The position numbers were made by a program, and so were the translations under genes. Below are positions 40,670 through 55,179 of a DNA stretch of 64,000 bases, piece after piece. The notes under the pieces are model-generated. The model did not search any database, was not told the DNA's origin, and was given only the letters and a program-made list of their open reading frames with translations. Every line of letters starts with the position of its first letter. Within the stretch, counting starts at the first letter, position 1. The stretch comes from the human T2T-CHM13v2.0 reference genome, Homo sapiens: NCBI RefSeq assembly GCF_009914755.1, contig NC_060932.1; one strand, given 5' to 3'.

Positions 40670-40920
40670 GCGTAGCAAAAGCTAACATTAATCAGGTGTT
40701 TTCTATCTACTAGACATTTTTACAAGATTTTTCTCACTTAACCCTCACAATGTCCCCATGAGGCTGGTATTACTCTATCACCCCCATTTTACAGATGAGG
40801 AACCTGAGGCTTAGTTAGAGAAACTGATTCACTTGCCCAAGATCATGTGGCTTTAGCAAGTATGTTAAGTGGTGCCTCCTAGATTTTAACAAAGTCAAAT
40901 TCTAAGCCCAAAATTTTTAA
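40670..40920 (-). mobile_element. MIR; the L1PA inserted at its end
   Basis: CCCCATTTTACAGATGAGGAACCTGAGGCTTAG...CTTGCCCAAGATCA. Confidence 0.85.
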
Positions 40921-40939
40921 ATACTCCTTTTTCTTATCC

Positions 40940-43900
40940 TTTTTTTTTTTTTAACTTTTATTTTAAGGTCAGTGGTACAGGTGCAGGTTTGTTACCTAAG
41001 TAAACCTCTGTCATGGGGTTTGTTGTACAGGTTATTTCATCACCCAGCTATTAAGCCTAGAACCCATTAGTTATTTTTCCTTGTCCTCTCCCTCTTCCCA
41101 GCCCTCATCCTCCAAAAAGCCCTAGTGTATTTTGTTCCCCTCTACATGTTCATGTGTTCTCATCATTTAGCTCCCACTTATAAGTGAGAAGATGTAGTAT
41201 TTGTTTTTCTGTTTCTGTGTTAATTTGCTAAGGATAATGGCCTCCAGCTCCTTCCATGTCCCTGCAAAGAACATGATCTCGTTCTTTTTTATGGCTGCCT
41301 AGTATTCCATGGTGGGTATGTACCACATTTTCTTTATCGAGCCTAACATTGATGGGCATTTAAGTTGATCCCATGTCTTTGCTATTGTGAATAGTGCTGC
41401 AGTGAACATATGTGTATGTGTCTTTATAATAGAATGATTTATATTCTTTTGGGTGTATACCCAGTAATGACATTGCTTGGTTGAATGGCATTTCTGTCTT
41501 TAGGTCTTTGAGTAATTGCCATGCTGTCTTCCACAATGGCTGAACTAACTTACACTCCCACCAAAAGTGTATAAGTGTTCCTTTTTCTCCACAACCTTAT
41601 CAGCATCTGTTATTTTTGACTTTTTAATAACAGACATTCTGACTGGTGTGAGATGGTATCTCATTGCAGTTTTGATTTGCATTTCTCTAATGATCAGTGC
41701 TGCTGAGCTTTTTTTTTTTTGTATGATTGTTGGCTTCATGTATGTCTTCTTTTGAGAAGTGTCTGTTCATGTCCTTTGCCCACTTTTTAATAGGGTTGTT
41801 TGTTTTCTTTCTGTAAATTTAAGTTCCTTATAGATGCTGGATATTAGACCTTTGTCAGATGCAAGTTTGCAAAAATTTTCTCCCATTCTGCAGGTTGTCT
41901 GTTTACTCTGTTGATAGTTTCTTTGGCTGTGCAGAAGCTCTTAAGCTTAATTAGATCCCATTTGTCAAATTTTGCTTCTGTGGCAGTTGCTTTTCATGAA
42001 TCTTCATCATGAAATCTTTGCCCTTGCCTCTTTCCAGAATAGTATTGCCCAGGTTGTCTTCCAGGGTTTTTATAGTTTTGGGTTTTACATTGAAGTTTTT
42101 AATCCATCTTGAGTTAATTTTCATATACGGTATAAGGAAGGGGTCCAGTTTCAGTTTTCTGCATATGGCTAGCCAGTTATTCCAGCACCATTTATTAAAT
42201 AGGGAAACCTTTCCCCATTGCTTGTTTTTGTCAGCTTCGTTGAAGATCAGATGATTGTAGGTGCATGGCCTTATTTCTGGGCTCTCTATTCTGTTCCATT
42301 GATCTATGTGTCTGTTTTTGTACCAGTACCATGCTGTTTTGGTTACTGTAGCCTGTAGCATAGTTTGAAGTCAGGTAGCATGATGCCTCCAGCTTTGTTC
42401 TTTTTGCTTAGGATTGCCTTGGCTATTTGGGCTCTTTTTTGGTTCCATGTGAATTTTAAAATAAATTGTTTTAGTTCTGTGAAGAATGTCAATGGTAGTT
42501 TAATAGGCATAGCATTGAATCTATAAATTACTTTGGGCAGTATGGCCATTTTAAAGATATTAATTATTTGTATCCATGAGCATGGAATGTTTTTCCATTT
42601 GTTTGTATCATCTCTGATCTCTTTGAACAGTGGTTTGTAGTTCTCCTTGTAGAGATCTTTCAGTTCCCTAGTTAGCTGTATTCCTAGGTATTTTATTCTT
42701 TTTGTGGCAATTGTGAATGGAAGTTTATTTATGATTTGGTTCTCTGCTTGCTTATTGGTGGTATATAGGAAGGTTAGCGATTTTTACACATTGATTTTGT
42801 ATCCTGAGACTTTGCTGAAGTTGCTTATCAGCTTAAGAAGCTTTTGGGCTGAGACAATGGAGTTTTCTAGATATAGGATCACGTTATCTGCAAATAAAGA
42901 TAATTTGACTTCCTCTCTTTCTATTTGAATACACTTTATTTCTTTCTACTGCCTGATTGCCCTGGCCTGAGCTTCCAATATTATGTTGAATAGGAGTGGT
43001 GAGAGAGGGAATCCTTGTCTAGTGAAATCTGATTTTCAAGGGGAATGCTTCCAGCTTTTACTTATTCAGTATGATGTTGGCTGTGGGTTTGCCATATATG
43101 GCTCTTATTATTTTGAGATATGTTCCTTCAATACCTAGTTTATTGAGATTTTTTAACATGAATCGTTGTTGAATTTTATAGAAAGCCCTTTCTGCATCTA
43201 TTGAGATTATCATGCGGTTTTTGACGTTAGCTCTGTTTATGTGATGAATCACATTTCTTGATTTGCATATGTTGAACCAAACTTGCATCTTGGGGTTGAA
43301 GCCTACTTGATTGTGGTGGATAAACTTTTTGACGTGCTACTGGATTCAGTTTGATAGTCTTTTGTTGAGAATTTTTGCATCAATGTTTATTAAGGATACT
43401 GGCCTGAAGTTTTCTTTCTTTCTTTCTTTCTTTTTTTTTTTTTTTTTTTTTTTGTATTTCTGCCAGGCTTTGTTATCAGGATAACACTGGCCTATAGAAT
43501 GAGTTAGTGAGTAGTCCCTCTTCAATTTTTTGGAATAGCTCCAGTAAGAATGGTACCAGCTCTTTGTACATCTGGTAGAATTCAGCTGTGAATCCATCTG
43601 GCCTTGAGCTTTTTTTGGTTGGTAGGCTATTTATTACTACCTCAATTTCAGAACTCATTATTGTTCTATTCAGAGATCCAGTTTATTCCTGGTTCAGTCT
43701 TGGGAGGGTGTATGTATCCAGGAATTTATTCATTTCTTCTAGATTTTTTAGTTTATGCGCATAGAAGGTTCATAATATTCTCTGATGGTTGTTTGTATTT
43801 CTGTGGAGTCAGGGGTAATATCCCCCTTATCGTTTTTGATTATGTTTATTTGAACCTTCTCTCTTTTCTCCTTTGTTAGTCTAGCTAGCAATCTATTTTA

Positions 43901-45091
43901 TTAATTTCTTCAAAGAATCAACTCTTGGACTTGTTGATCTTTTTAATGGCTTTTTGTGTCTCTATCTCCTTCAATTCAGCTCAGATTTTGGTTATTTCTT
44001 GTCTTCTGCTACCTTTGGGATTTGCTTGCTCTTGGTTCTCTAGTTCTTGTAGTGGTGATGTTAGGTTGTTAACTTGAGATCTTTCTATCTTTTGGATGTG
44101 GGCATTTAGTGCTATAGATCTCCCTCTTAACACTGCCTTGTCTGTGTCCCAGAGATTCTGGTACGTTGCATCTTTGTTCACATTAGTTTCAAAGAACTTC
44201 TTGATTTCTGCCTTAATTTCATTGTTTACCCAAAGGTCATTCAGGAGCAAGTTATTCAATTTCCATGTAATTGTATGGTTTTGAGTGAATTTCTTAGTCT
44301 TTATTTCAATTTTGATTGTGTTGTGGTCCAAGAGACTGTTAATATTTCCGTTCTTTTACATTTGCTGAGGAGTGTTTTACTTTATGTGATTTATTTTAAA
44401 GAAAGTGCCATGTGGCGATGAGAAGAATGTATATTCTGTTATTTTTGGGTGGAGAGTTCTGTAGATATCTATTTGATCTAGGTCCATTTGATCCAGGGCT
44501 GAGTTCAGATCCTGAATATCTTTGTTAATTTTCTGTCTTAGTGATCTGTCTAATATTGTCAGTGGGGTATTAAACTCTCCAGCTATTATTGTGGTGCAGT
44601 CTAAGTCTCCTTGAAGTTCTCTAGGAACTTGCTTTATGAATCTGGGTACTCCTGTGTTGGGTGCATATATATTTAGGACAGTTAGATTTTCTTGTTGTAC
44701 TGAACAATTTACTATTATATAATGCCCTTCTGTGTCTTTTTGTTTATCTTTGTTGGTTTAAAGTCTCCTTCGTCAGAAGTTAGAATTGCAACCCCTGCTT
44801 CTTTCTGTTTCCTATTTGGTAGATTTTCCTCCATCCCTTTATTTTGAGCCTGTGTGTGTCATTGCATGTGACATTGGTCTCTTAAAGACAGCATACCAAT
44901 AGGTCTTGGTTCTTTATCCATCTTGTCACTCTGTGTCTTCTATTTGGGGCATTTAACCCATTTACATTTAAGGTTAGTATTTATATCTATGGATTTGATC
45001 CTGTCATCATGTTAGCTGATTATTTTGCAGACTTGTTTATGTGGTTGCTTTATAGTGTCACTGGTCTGTGTATTTCAGTGTGTTTTTGTAG
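40940..45091 (-). mobile_element. 5'-truncated L1PA (PA13-16-like), ~4.15 kb, containing a complete but disrupted ORF2
   Basis: Poly-T at ~40940 and an L1PA 3' UTR. Minus-strand ORF2 peptides include [25 protein letters not shown] and YQNLWDT; the ORF2 ATG is near 45007. TSD-like TTCTAA(G/A)CCCAAA at 40900 and 45092. Confidence 0.92.
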
Positions 45092-45859
45092 TTCTAAACC
45101 CAAATTCTTAATGACTACTCTATATCTTTTTTAGTGGAAAAAAAGACTTTATTTCTTAGGACCCCACACACTATAAGCCCCTATATATTTCTCTTGAAGC
45201 CTGAAAGTCTTGACTTATTCTTCAGCTGTAATCAGCTGTGGTGTACTTTGGGGACCCATCACTAGATTTGCACTGTGAGGTTACCTATGCTCCATTTCTC
45301 CAGTGGCCTGGTGCTATCTGACTCAATCTGGAGTAATATGCATGCTTTGCCAAGTGAATTTGATGACTGAAGGGTTCCATAAGGGTCTAAGATAAGCATA
45401 GATGCATATTGGCATCATCTGCTTGGAAGGGGCCTTTAAAATGTCACCATTCCTCACTATGCTACACCAAGGAAGGGGGGATAATTATCATTGCTTGTGG
45501 TAGGTGAGGCAGGATGGTCAGAGCACGTACTTTGAACCTCATCATTCTGCTAAGTACTACTATACGTTATTTTTTTGACTATCATTATCACTGACATCTA
45601 GGATATAAGCACCTGTCTTTACTAATCAGACTTAGTAAGACATTTTGGTATGTGTTGAGAAACAGTAATATTGAACATATAACCTTACAGATGGAATTAC
45701 ATTTTGGATTTAACTATCCTGACATCTTTTTCTTTAACTCTCCTAATTGATTTCCATTATGTTGAAATCCAAGTCCATCCTTTGAAATGTTAGCGGGAAG
45801 ACTGAGGATTGAAATGTGTAGATAGAAAAATCACAGAATTTAACTTAAAGTACATGAAA

Positions 45860-46680
45860 AAATTCCAATGAAATTATAACCATTAATATCCTTAATACAT
45901 AAAATATTCATACAAATCAATAATAAAGAATCCCCATGACTGCAATAAATAAATAAGTAAAGGTCCAAAATAAATAATTTGTAAAAAAAAAAAAAAGTTT
46001 AAAATGTTAAATCCCAGTAGCAATCAAATACATATAATTCAATTCAAAACACTGAAATGACACTTGTAGTCTTTTAAATTAGTGATTTTAAAAAAACAAA
46101 ACAACAAAAAAACAGAATATTGGTAAGAGAGCAATGAAAAATGAGTTTTCATACACTGTGGGAAAATAATTTGGTACCAACTATTTAAAAAGCAATTTGG
46201 CAATACTGTATACATCAAGAGCTACAAAATTACCCTTTGACTAATTTTACTTCTCATAAATTATCCTGAAAAAAATTCAAATATCTGGAAAAGCTTTAGT
46301 TCAAAGCTAATCATTACAATGTTATTTGTAATGTTAAATATCAGAAATAAATGAAAATTACTAAAATTGAAAAACAGTTAAAGTTTACTTCATCCTTAAA
46401 AGGAATATTTCACAGAGAATACAAATAGAAATACAGAGAGACTGTGAAATAGCACAGATAAATGTCTAAGCTTTAATGTAAAATGAAGAATATACATATG
46501 TAATGGATCAACTATAAGAAACTTAAAAATATGATTAAGAAAGAAAGATTAAACAAAAATACCAAAATTTCAACAAAGATTATCTCTTGTTAATGGGGTT
46601 TGACTATTTCTTTTCTGTGTTTCCCAAATTTTTATGATGAATGTGATTTATTCTATTTTAAGAGGGAAAGAAAATTTTTT
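45860..46680 (+). mobile_element. Old L1ME 3' fragment
   Basis: TACACTGTGGGAAA...TTGGTACCAAC...AAAGCAATTTGGCAATA...CCCTTTGAC, ending in an A-rich decayed 3' end. Confidence 0.65.
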
Positions 46681-46778
46681 TATGAAGAAAAATTGAATTA
46701 AAATAAATTTTTATGGGGCTGAAGAAAAGGCCTCTATAAATGTGACTTGATTGGGAAGCTTGTGAATTTTTTCTGTAG

Positions 46779-47088
<310 letters not shown>

Positions 47089-47129
47089 TATGATCATTTT
47101 ATATGGACTGATTTAAAATCTGTTTTGAA

Positions 47130-47277
47130 GCCAGGTGCAGTGGCTCACGCCTGTAATCCCAGAACTTTGGGAGGCTGAGGTGGGATAATTGCTTGAGCCC
47201 AGGAGTTCGAGACTACCCAGGACAACATAGGGAAATTCTGTCTCTATAAAAAATAAAAATACATTTAAAAAATCAAA
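47130..47277 (+). mobile_element. Free left Alu monomer (FLAM_C-like)
   Basis: Single monomer with an A-rich tail. Perfect 16-bp TSD TAAAATCTGTTTTGAA at 47114-47129 and 47278-47293. Confidence 0.9.
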
Positions 47278-50200
47278 TAAAATCTGTTTTGAATAGCCAT
47301 CAAAAACAACTTCTCCTACACTAACATTTAAGAGCGTGAAAGGTGGCAAGAAAAGTTCTATCATAGCTTAGATCCTAAACTATTCTACGCAAGTTTTTGA
47401 TGGGCTCTAACATGTTAATAGCATATATGTAACACTAATTACAAAGAAACCTCATTTCTTCATTGAAAAGGTTATCAGTTTAATGCAGTGAAATCTGACT
47501 ATGTGAGTGTGAGTATATACAGTTGTGCTAATATCAGTTTGTAGTCGTTCAAGGCTAATCTTCCCACTCCAGAGGAAATTTTTTTATCATATATGCATAC
47601 ATTGCTGCACTGAATAATGGGAACCTAAAATAAAAAAGATCATTGCCTATTTTATATGCTCCATAAAATTCACTGACAGTAACCACCAACATCCCAGGTA
47701 TCGTCTGCAGTTTAGAATCCTGAATATTTTCCCCAAAAATGTCCGATAAGGGAAGCAATTTAAGCAAGGCAGACAGTGCTGCTAACAGAGACCATACAGT
47801 TTCAGCCAGCGAGTCTGCTGACTGAAATGAAGTCCTTGGACCTGTGGTTTTTTTGTGGGGTTATTTGCTCTTGTAGAATAAGGCTCTCAGAATTTCAATA
47901 AAAGGGTGAAAACAGTTTTGAAACTGAGAAGACTGTTACACTGCCTAAGAGGAATAGAGGTGTGATTGAGATGTGGTGAAAGAATCTGAAAGTTGAGTTG
48001 TTTTTTTTTAAGTCTCTTCCCGTGTCTATGTCCTGCCATTTCTTAGATTTATACAAACCCGACCCAAAAAAGGGTGTCAGGGGCTTGAATCCAGCAGGCA
48101 CTCTCATACAGGTCTGTTATACCACTTCACCTTTTATAGTCAGTCGACAGGACAGGGGGAATTACTTAGTATACAAAGAAGTGCAAGGGAAATAAAACCT
48201 ATGCAAATCACATTTGTAGCCTTCTAAATATTTGACCTATATGAAAAATTCCAGCTTTGATTTCTTAGTCCAAATTGCAAATCAGCCAAACGTAGCTGAT
48301 TCTGTCCTATATGAATTGGTTATTACTGTCTTTCCCTTTCTTAGAACCCCTGGGAACAAACAAGAAAAAGTAAGGAAAACAAAATACTTATTAAAATGTA
48401 AATACAGTGGCTGGTTCCCTGATATGTTATGCTGACAACCCTTGCTGGCAACCCAGGAGGACCCAGGTGCACCAGGAACCGACTTATCTGGTCACAGAAC
48501 ATCGGGGGCTGGAAATTGACAGCCTCTGAAGGGGGCCTTTTGTTACTTGACTTCTGTGGCAGGTTGCTGGCTCATTCTCCTGCATGGAAGAGTTGAAACT
48601 CGTCTTTCAACTAAATGGAGTACATGAGGGCAGAGATTCTTTTTTGGTTTGGCAACCCAAGTATATTAGGAAAAAATAGGCACTGCAAAATAGCAGGAAA
48701 GCATGAAGAATGCTTTATGAAGAAACATAAAAGAAAACCAGAGGAAAGCATATTCAGCCTCAGTCATTAAAAAGCACACTACTGTTCCCAGTCTTGCCTT
48801 CTCCAAAAGTTTGTTTGTTTGAAGTTTCTTCTGCAGAACTCTAAGCAGGTCTCCAATATACCGACATCTTTAACAGCATTCTGGAATGAGAGGAGTGTCT
48901 ATTAAGGGAGACATACTCCTCTATTTCATTTGGAATTTTACACAACAGTTTTCTGTGTGGCTTAATTTTTGGCATCAAATTGTTTTAACAGAAGCTGTGC
49001 TTTTCAGTTAGATCTTTATCTTTGAGTTCTAGTGTCCTCCCACGATGCCCCTAGGAGCCTATCAAAGCAGGCCAACCCTGCAGAAATGCCTAGAATAAAA
49101 TAACATGCAAATGCCACTAAGAACTTGCTTCCCTCCTGACTCATATTTTAGTTTCTATAAAGTGTCTGTTTTCAAAACTGACAGTGTCTGTAGCCTGTTA
49201 ATGGAAGATAATGATTTGCACACCAAAATGGGAGTAATCACAGGGCTATTTGACACTGTCCTTAGAAAAATTCCTTACTTACTCAAAAGCCAAAGCAAAG
49301 AACTATTTCTAAAATGACAAATGTGTGTAAATTTTCAAAGTGGATTGTGATTTCACCCAGGAAAACACAGGCAGCCAGAACACAGTTATGCTTTAGTGTA
49401 TATGGTGATCTAATTCTTGAAATAAAACTTTATTCTGGGCAATAGCATGCATTTCTAGATGAGAGGAGAAATTGTTATTGCTCATAATAAAGGACGAAAT
49501 GTTTTTCTTATTTGGGAACTTCAGGGGGATGAAGTAAGGAAGTGGGCTGCAGAACACTGGGATAAATCTTATTTATTTAACATTTAATGCTATAGTCTGT
49601 TAGGAAACAAACTCACTGCGGTATAATTATTTAATACTGGACAGTAAAATCATCTGCTAAGATTAGATTAAGTAGTTGACTCAAAGTACTCCCCAGGTTC
49701 AAGGCTCAAAAATGAATAAATCAACATGCTTACTGTACAGAGCCCTTGAACATTATGTGTGCTGGGATGGTGGCTTCCTGAACTATCGCCTCTTGTTTGG
49801 GTCTGTTGTGAAGTCAAGGCTTGAGGACATGACCTGACCTCTTTATTTAAAAAAAAAATCCATTTAATATCAGTTATCACTTGAAGAATTTAAAGACAGA
49901 ATTATTTGCTCAGAAAAATTTGATGCTTTGTGCTATTAAACCCTCAGTACACAGAAATAGATTTAAGCAACATGGTGGTGAATCAAGCCAAGGAGAGCTG
50001 GGAAGCTGGAATTGATGGCTCAGTATTCTCTGTAATAATGTGTCAATTTATGCCTGGACATTTTAGGATGTCTGTTTATACAAATGTGAACAAATGTACC
50101 TTTGACTTGTAGCCAGGGTGAACCCAGTGCCAAAAGAATAGCTCTTCTCTTAGACTGGGTTTCTCATTTTTTTCAGTTTTGTGACTGGCCTAGGGTGTAT

Positions 50201-50359
50201 TTTCCTTATTGGAGCCTTGTGTTGTTGTCACCTTCATCCATGCCAGGTTCTCATAGGACTAATCCCCAAGGAAGTCATCCCCAGTCTACTGGGCACACTG
50301 AGGGAATCCACGTGTACAATGGAGGCTTAAGCTGTGAGCTTTGCTATCAGGAGAACCTG

Positions 50360-50570
50360 GCTTTAAGTCCTGTTTCTGCCCATTATTATATATGTGACCA
50401 TAAGTGAGTTGCTTAACCTCTCTAAGCCTCAGCTTCCTGATCCATACAACAGGAAAAGTACTAGTACCTGCATCCTGTGTTACTGTGAGGTTCAAAAAGT
50501 AAAGGAACTAATGCACATAAAGTGTTTAGCATATTGCCTGGCACAGGATAGGGACTCCATAAATGCCAGC
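50360..50570 (+). mobile_element. MIR
   Basis: TGTGACCATAAGTGAGTTGCTTAACCTCTCTAAGCCTCAGCTTCC...GCCTGGCACAG. Confidence 0.8.
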
Positions 50571-51989
50571 TTTCTTTATACAAAGAAAAACGTCTTTGCC
50601 CTTTAGTTAATGTTCTCCTGTCCATGTCAAGGTCAGCATGACACCATGGTAGTCTGTCTAGCTTGTATTTGTGTCTGCTGCTCACATAATTGTTTCTTCA
50701 CTTGCTGACCTGGTTGGCTGAAGTTTTGGCCATGGGCCACCCTGTCTGTGCCCCCTGGCTTTGGATCCCATCTCGTCCTATCCACAATGTCAGGAGCAAA
50801 GCCACTTCTTTACATACGTGGCAGAATCCAGCCAGACACTCTGCATCAGCAACGTCTCCACAGCCAGTTGCTTGGTCTTCAGCCTGTCAGGCGCTGAGCA
50901 CTTGTTCTCCATCTGAACCAGCTCTGTGCTGGCCTCTAGCAATTATAATGCACCTGCTGATGCCTCAGAGAGCCAGGCCAGACTGACACTTTCCTCTCGG
51001 TATTCTTTAATTCTATGCTTGACCAGTTCCAGCATTCTTTCTTCTTGGTCCCAGACACTTTCCACCTCATCTCCTACATGTCACATCTGATTTGTCCTTA
51101 TTGTAGAAGGTAGGTGTAAGGCCTAAAGAGTGAGTGTGGTTTGTTGTCAGCTGCTCCAAATGGGGCAGCATTGGCAGGAGGTGCAGGAACTGATAGAATA
51201 AGATTTCTATATCTTTTCTTGAGTTTGTGACAGTGCTGTTTATGGTCACCAGTTTTTATTTGAGGAATTATCCATTTATGCAAAAAATGTTTTTTATTCT
51301 ATATATCCTTTAAAAAGACATACAGGTTGCCCTCTGGAAATGAGTCTTAAGCATGTCTATAGTATAGCTATATCATCCACATCTTGAGTCATTTTGCTCA
51401 GTGGATTTTCTTAATTCTCAATTAATTTGTATTCTGTCAGACAGTCTAGTGAGGGAGTAACGAGTGGTAAGTTAGAAGGTGACAATTTTATCCGAGGTCT
51501 GTGCATAGGGTACAGTGGAAGAATGGAGACGGTGATGCCTCATGGCCTCAGCTTACAGTGTGATTTGTACATTTTCTGTGATTTCTATAAGTAACAGGCT
51601 GACAGTGTTGGATTTGCTGTGTTGTGCTTTGTATCTACCTTTGTACTGCCTCTTTTTTCCCCTCCCACGCTGACTTTATCTCATTCCTTGTTTTCCTTGA
51701 GAAGATTGCACTGGAAAACTTGAAGAGGGGTTAGAAGGTGGGGCCATAGTAGATACCAGTAGGAAGACTTCAGAACAGACCCTGTCCCCTGCTGTGATGA
51801 TGCCTTGTGACTTAACACTGATGACCTTACATGGAGGATTTAGTGAAAGTTATATTAGAAAGCAATTCAGTTACTTCCAGATTGTTATTGAAGTCCAGCC
51901 TCTGTGGTCTATCTATGCCATTAGTATTTGTCCTAGGTTATTTTTGCTTTCGTATGTCAGAGAATGGTCTCAACGTAAGGGGGTCTGAG

Positions 51990-52260
51990 TCAGGGTGGTC
52001 TAGTTGAAAAGGTATGGGCATTGGAGTAAAAATATAAAAAATCTGGATTCATATCCAGCCTCTAGCACTGAATAGCTCTGTGACATTGTGCAAATTGCTT
52101 ACATTCTTTTAACTTTTGTTTCCTTATCTGTAACTTGGGGATCCAGATATAATAATACTGTCAGGTATTATAGAATTATTGTGAAAATTAAATGAGATAA
52201 TGTCTGGAAAGAACTTAGCACAGCGTCTGGCATAGTGTTAAGTACCCAGTAAATCCTGAT
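51990..52260 (+). mobile_element. MIR
   Basis: TGTGACATTGTGCAAATTGCTTA...TTCCTTATCTGTAA...GTGAAAATTAAATGAGATAATG...CTTAGCACAGCGTCTGGCATAG. Confidence 0.8.
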
Positions 52261-53244
52261 TCTTTCTCTCCCCCAGCCTCACTGCCTCACCAGCTGCCCA
52301 GCTGTCTCTAAACACAGCATCAGTGGAACTGTAAATACTTTCACAGTTATGTAATCGCTCTCCACAAATTCACTCTTTGATCACCTTTCTGCCCTCCCTC
52401 CAGATCTATTCCTAAACTCAATTTTGACTCTCCCTCTGGTATAATCTCCTTCTCTCTGCAGAGAACAGTAAGACCTTAATGTTTAAAAAAATCATTTCTT
52501 CTTAAAACTTAAAGGCCCTAAAACATCATTTTGAGTTTTTGTCTCCAGCAGGGTTTATTTCTGACAACAAAATTAATATATTTATATTTAATATTTGGAG
52601 CTTTTATTTTACAATCATCTTGACAGTAATATTTTTCTGATATTTGAAAAGCCCCATGATTTTTCTGTGCAGAGAATGCATTTTGTTAATTTATCTAAGT
52701 GGCTGCTAGGCTTTTAAGGTTTTAGGTTCATTTTTTATTTTTCTGGAGCTCAGTCCCCTAAAATGCAAATGAGTCTTGAGCAGCTCTTCCAGAAGATAAA
52801 TTATTCTTCTTTTCTGTCTCCTACTGTTCAAAGTTAGTGATAATTTTTAGACCCAGCAGTTGAAGATTTTGACATTCCTGTTGATATAAATGTGGACATT
52901 CCAATGTTGTTCAACTTCTGACTGTCTTAGGGACTGATTGCTTATCTCTATCAGCCAAGAAAATGCCCTTTGCATTGGTCTCATCTCTCACCCACACCAA
53001 CCAAACACATATATGCAATCTAATGTCTATAGGTCACATTCTTGCCACTTTATCTCTTTAAAATTGGATAGTTTTAGATGGAATTTGCAGGTGCTAATAT
53101 GGACCACTGGGTAACAGGGATAGATACAGTAGCATTGTTAGATTATATTCTCTAAGTTGAGATTTTTCACCTAAAAAGAGACAGAAGAAGATGGAGGTTG
53201 CACAGTACTGGTCAGATCTTCCCATGCAGTTTATCTTTTGGAAG

Positions 53245-53500
53245 GGCAACAGTATAAAGCAGTTAAGAGCATTAATTGGACATTAGGCAGTCCTAGGTTT
53301 GAATCCTGGCTCTGACACTTATTGGCTGTATAATACTGGTCAAGTGACTTAATTTCTCTACCTCTCAGTTTTATTATTTGTGAAACAGGATGACAATATT
53401 ACTTGCTTTGCAGAATTAAATGAGGTAATATTTTGAAAATTATATGAGCTATTATCTAAAAACATTTAGCACAGTGACTGGCACAGCATAGAGTGCCCAG
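53245..53500 (+). mobile_element. MIR
   Basis: GTTAAGAGCA...CCTAGGTTTGAATCCTGGCTCTGACACTT...CAAGTGACTTAATTTCTCTACCTCTCAGTTT. Confidence 0.82.
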
Positions 53501-54847
53501 TCAATCTTGGTCCCTTCTCCCCAGTTTTGCCCTGAATGTTGGCCAGCTTTGCTGCAGATGCTTTCTCCACTATGCCATTACTCTCATCCAATCCTTTCCT
53601 TTATTAGCTTTCTTCCCTAGCCCTCACTTCTTCTCTTGGACCCAGTGTGCGCGCTCTCTCTCTCCAGAAAAATAATAATTTTAAAAAAATCAGTTCTTCA
53701 CATGAATGCAAAACACCTACTACAATGATGTGGGTGATGGTGATGATGATAAGAATAATGTGGGAACTTTTTACCCTTTTTGTCCTCTGGATTGTAAGTT
53801 TCATGAGTTCAAAGATAATGATTTCTTCAGCACCAAATGCCTTGGTTCCTGGACCAGGAATAGTTGGTGAATGGATGAATCTGATATTCAGAGTTGCAAT
53901 GATTGCGGCATTTAATCTTTTTTATTTCTGCACAGTTAATCCAAATGAGTATTTATTGATTTGTATATATATTTACTACTTCTATTGCAAAATTTTAGTT
54001 TCTTCTTTTATGAAATAGAATTCTTAAATGCATGCTTGTGCATCCAAGAAGGACAGTGATGATGTGTTTCAATGTATTAAATGTTGAAATTTAAATGTTG
54101 GGGCATGTTCTTGAAATGGTGACTACACAGGGGAAAAAAATTTAATAGATTGGTTTTAAGGTTTGAGGACGGGGGTCCTGGGAAAGTGCTGAGAATGGAG
54201 GCATAGCATTCCTTCCCACACTCAGCACATAACTCTGCATGGATTTGGTTTCATTTCAAAAACGGAGTGTTCACAGACTGAATACACCTCTGTACACTTG
54301 ACCCTAGGAGGGCAGCAGATAAACTTGGGGAGTCTTTTTTAGACAATATTCCCCTGAGGTTTTAAGTAAATTTTTACAAGCTCCTAGAAATACTTTTAAG
54401 AATCTATATAAAATTTCTCCCTTACCTTAACAGCTTTTACTTAGAAGATATATCAAAATGACCCCAAAAAGCAAAAGCTCTATAAGGTCAGCTAATCCAT
54501 TACCTTAGCAATGTGAGGTGCATAAAATGTGAACCACTGAAATTTCATGTAAACACCTCGCAGTTTGCTCTAAATTTTCTTTTATCTCAAGGATGCAAAT
54601 GTGTCTTGTGCTTCCCATAATTGAAGAATGAAAATGTTTGAGATAAATAGCCCTTCCCCTGAGAGGCCAAATACTTTCCTTGAAGAAATGCCAGTCCTAT
54701 GTCCCTGTGGGTAGGGTTCAGTATTTGTAGAGTCACCAATTATAATGGCCCAGATCTAATAGGAACTCAAGGATTCCAGCCTATTTCCACCTACCCCACC
54801 TGCCCAAGACCAGCCTTATTTCCAGGCTTTACTCTCCCTTAGGCATA

Positions 54848-55025
54848 TGTGGTGGCAGGCACCTGTAACCCCAGCTACTCAAGAGGCTGAGGCAGGAGAA
54901 TCGCTTGAACCTGGGGGGCAGAGGTTGCAGAAAGCCAAGACCATGCCACAGCACTCCAGGCTGGGCAACAGAGCAAGACTCCATCTCAAAAAACAAGTAA
55001 TAACAATAATAATAATAATAATATT
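54848..55025 (+). mobile_element. Alu right arm only (5'-truncated AluS) with an AAT-rich tail
   Basis: Begins abruptly at GTGGTGGCAGGCACCTGTAACCCCAGCTACT and ends GACTCCATCTCAAAAAA. No clear TSD. Confidence 0.88.
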
Positions 55026-55179
55026 AATGATTTAATGTTCAAAAATATCCTATGTCCAAAAGTTCTTTTTATAAATCTGATCCATATCGCTATTGTTGCA
55101 GCTTAAAATTCTGTTACACGTGGTAATACATACATTAACAAATACGTATAGGGCTCCTTGATTTGCCAGGGGCTGTGTG

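Noticed and set aside
53647-54018. 123-aa hydrophobic ORF resembling a membrane protein
   Set aside because: GTG start, with hydrophobicity explained by T-rich and (GAT)-like low-complexity sequence. No recognisable family.
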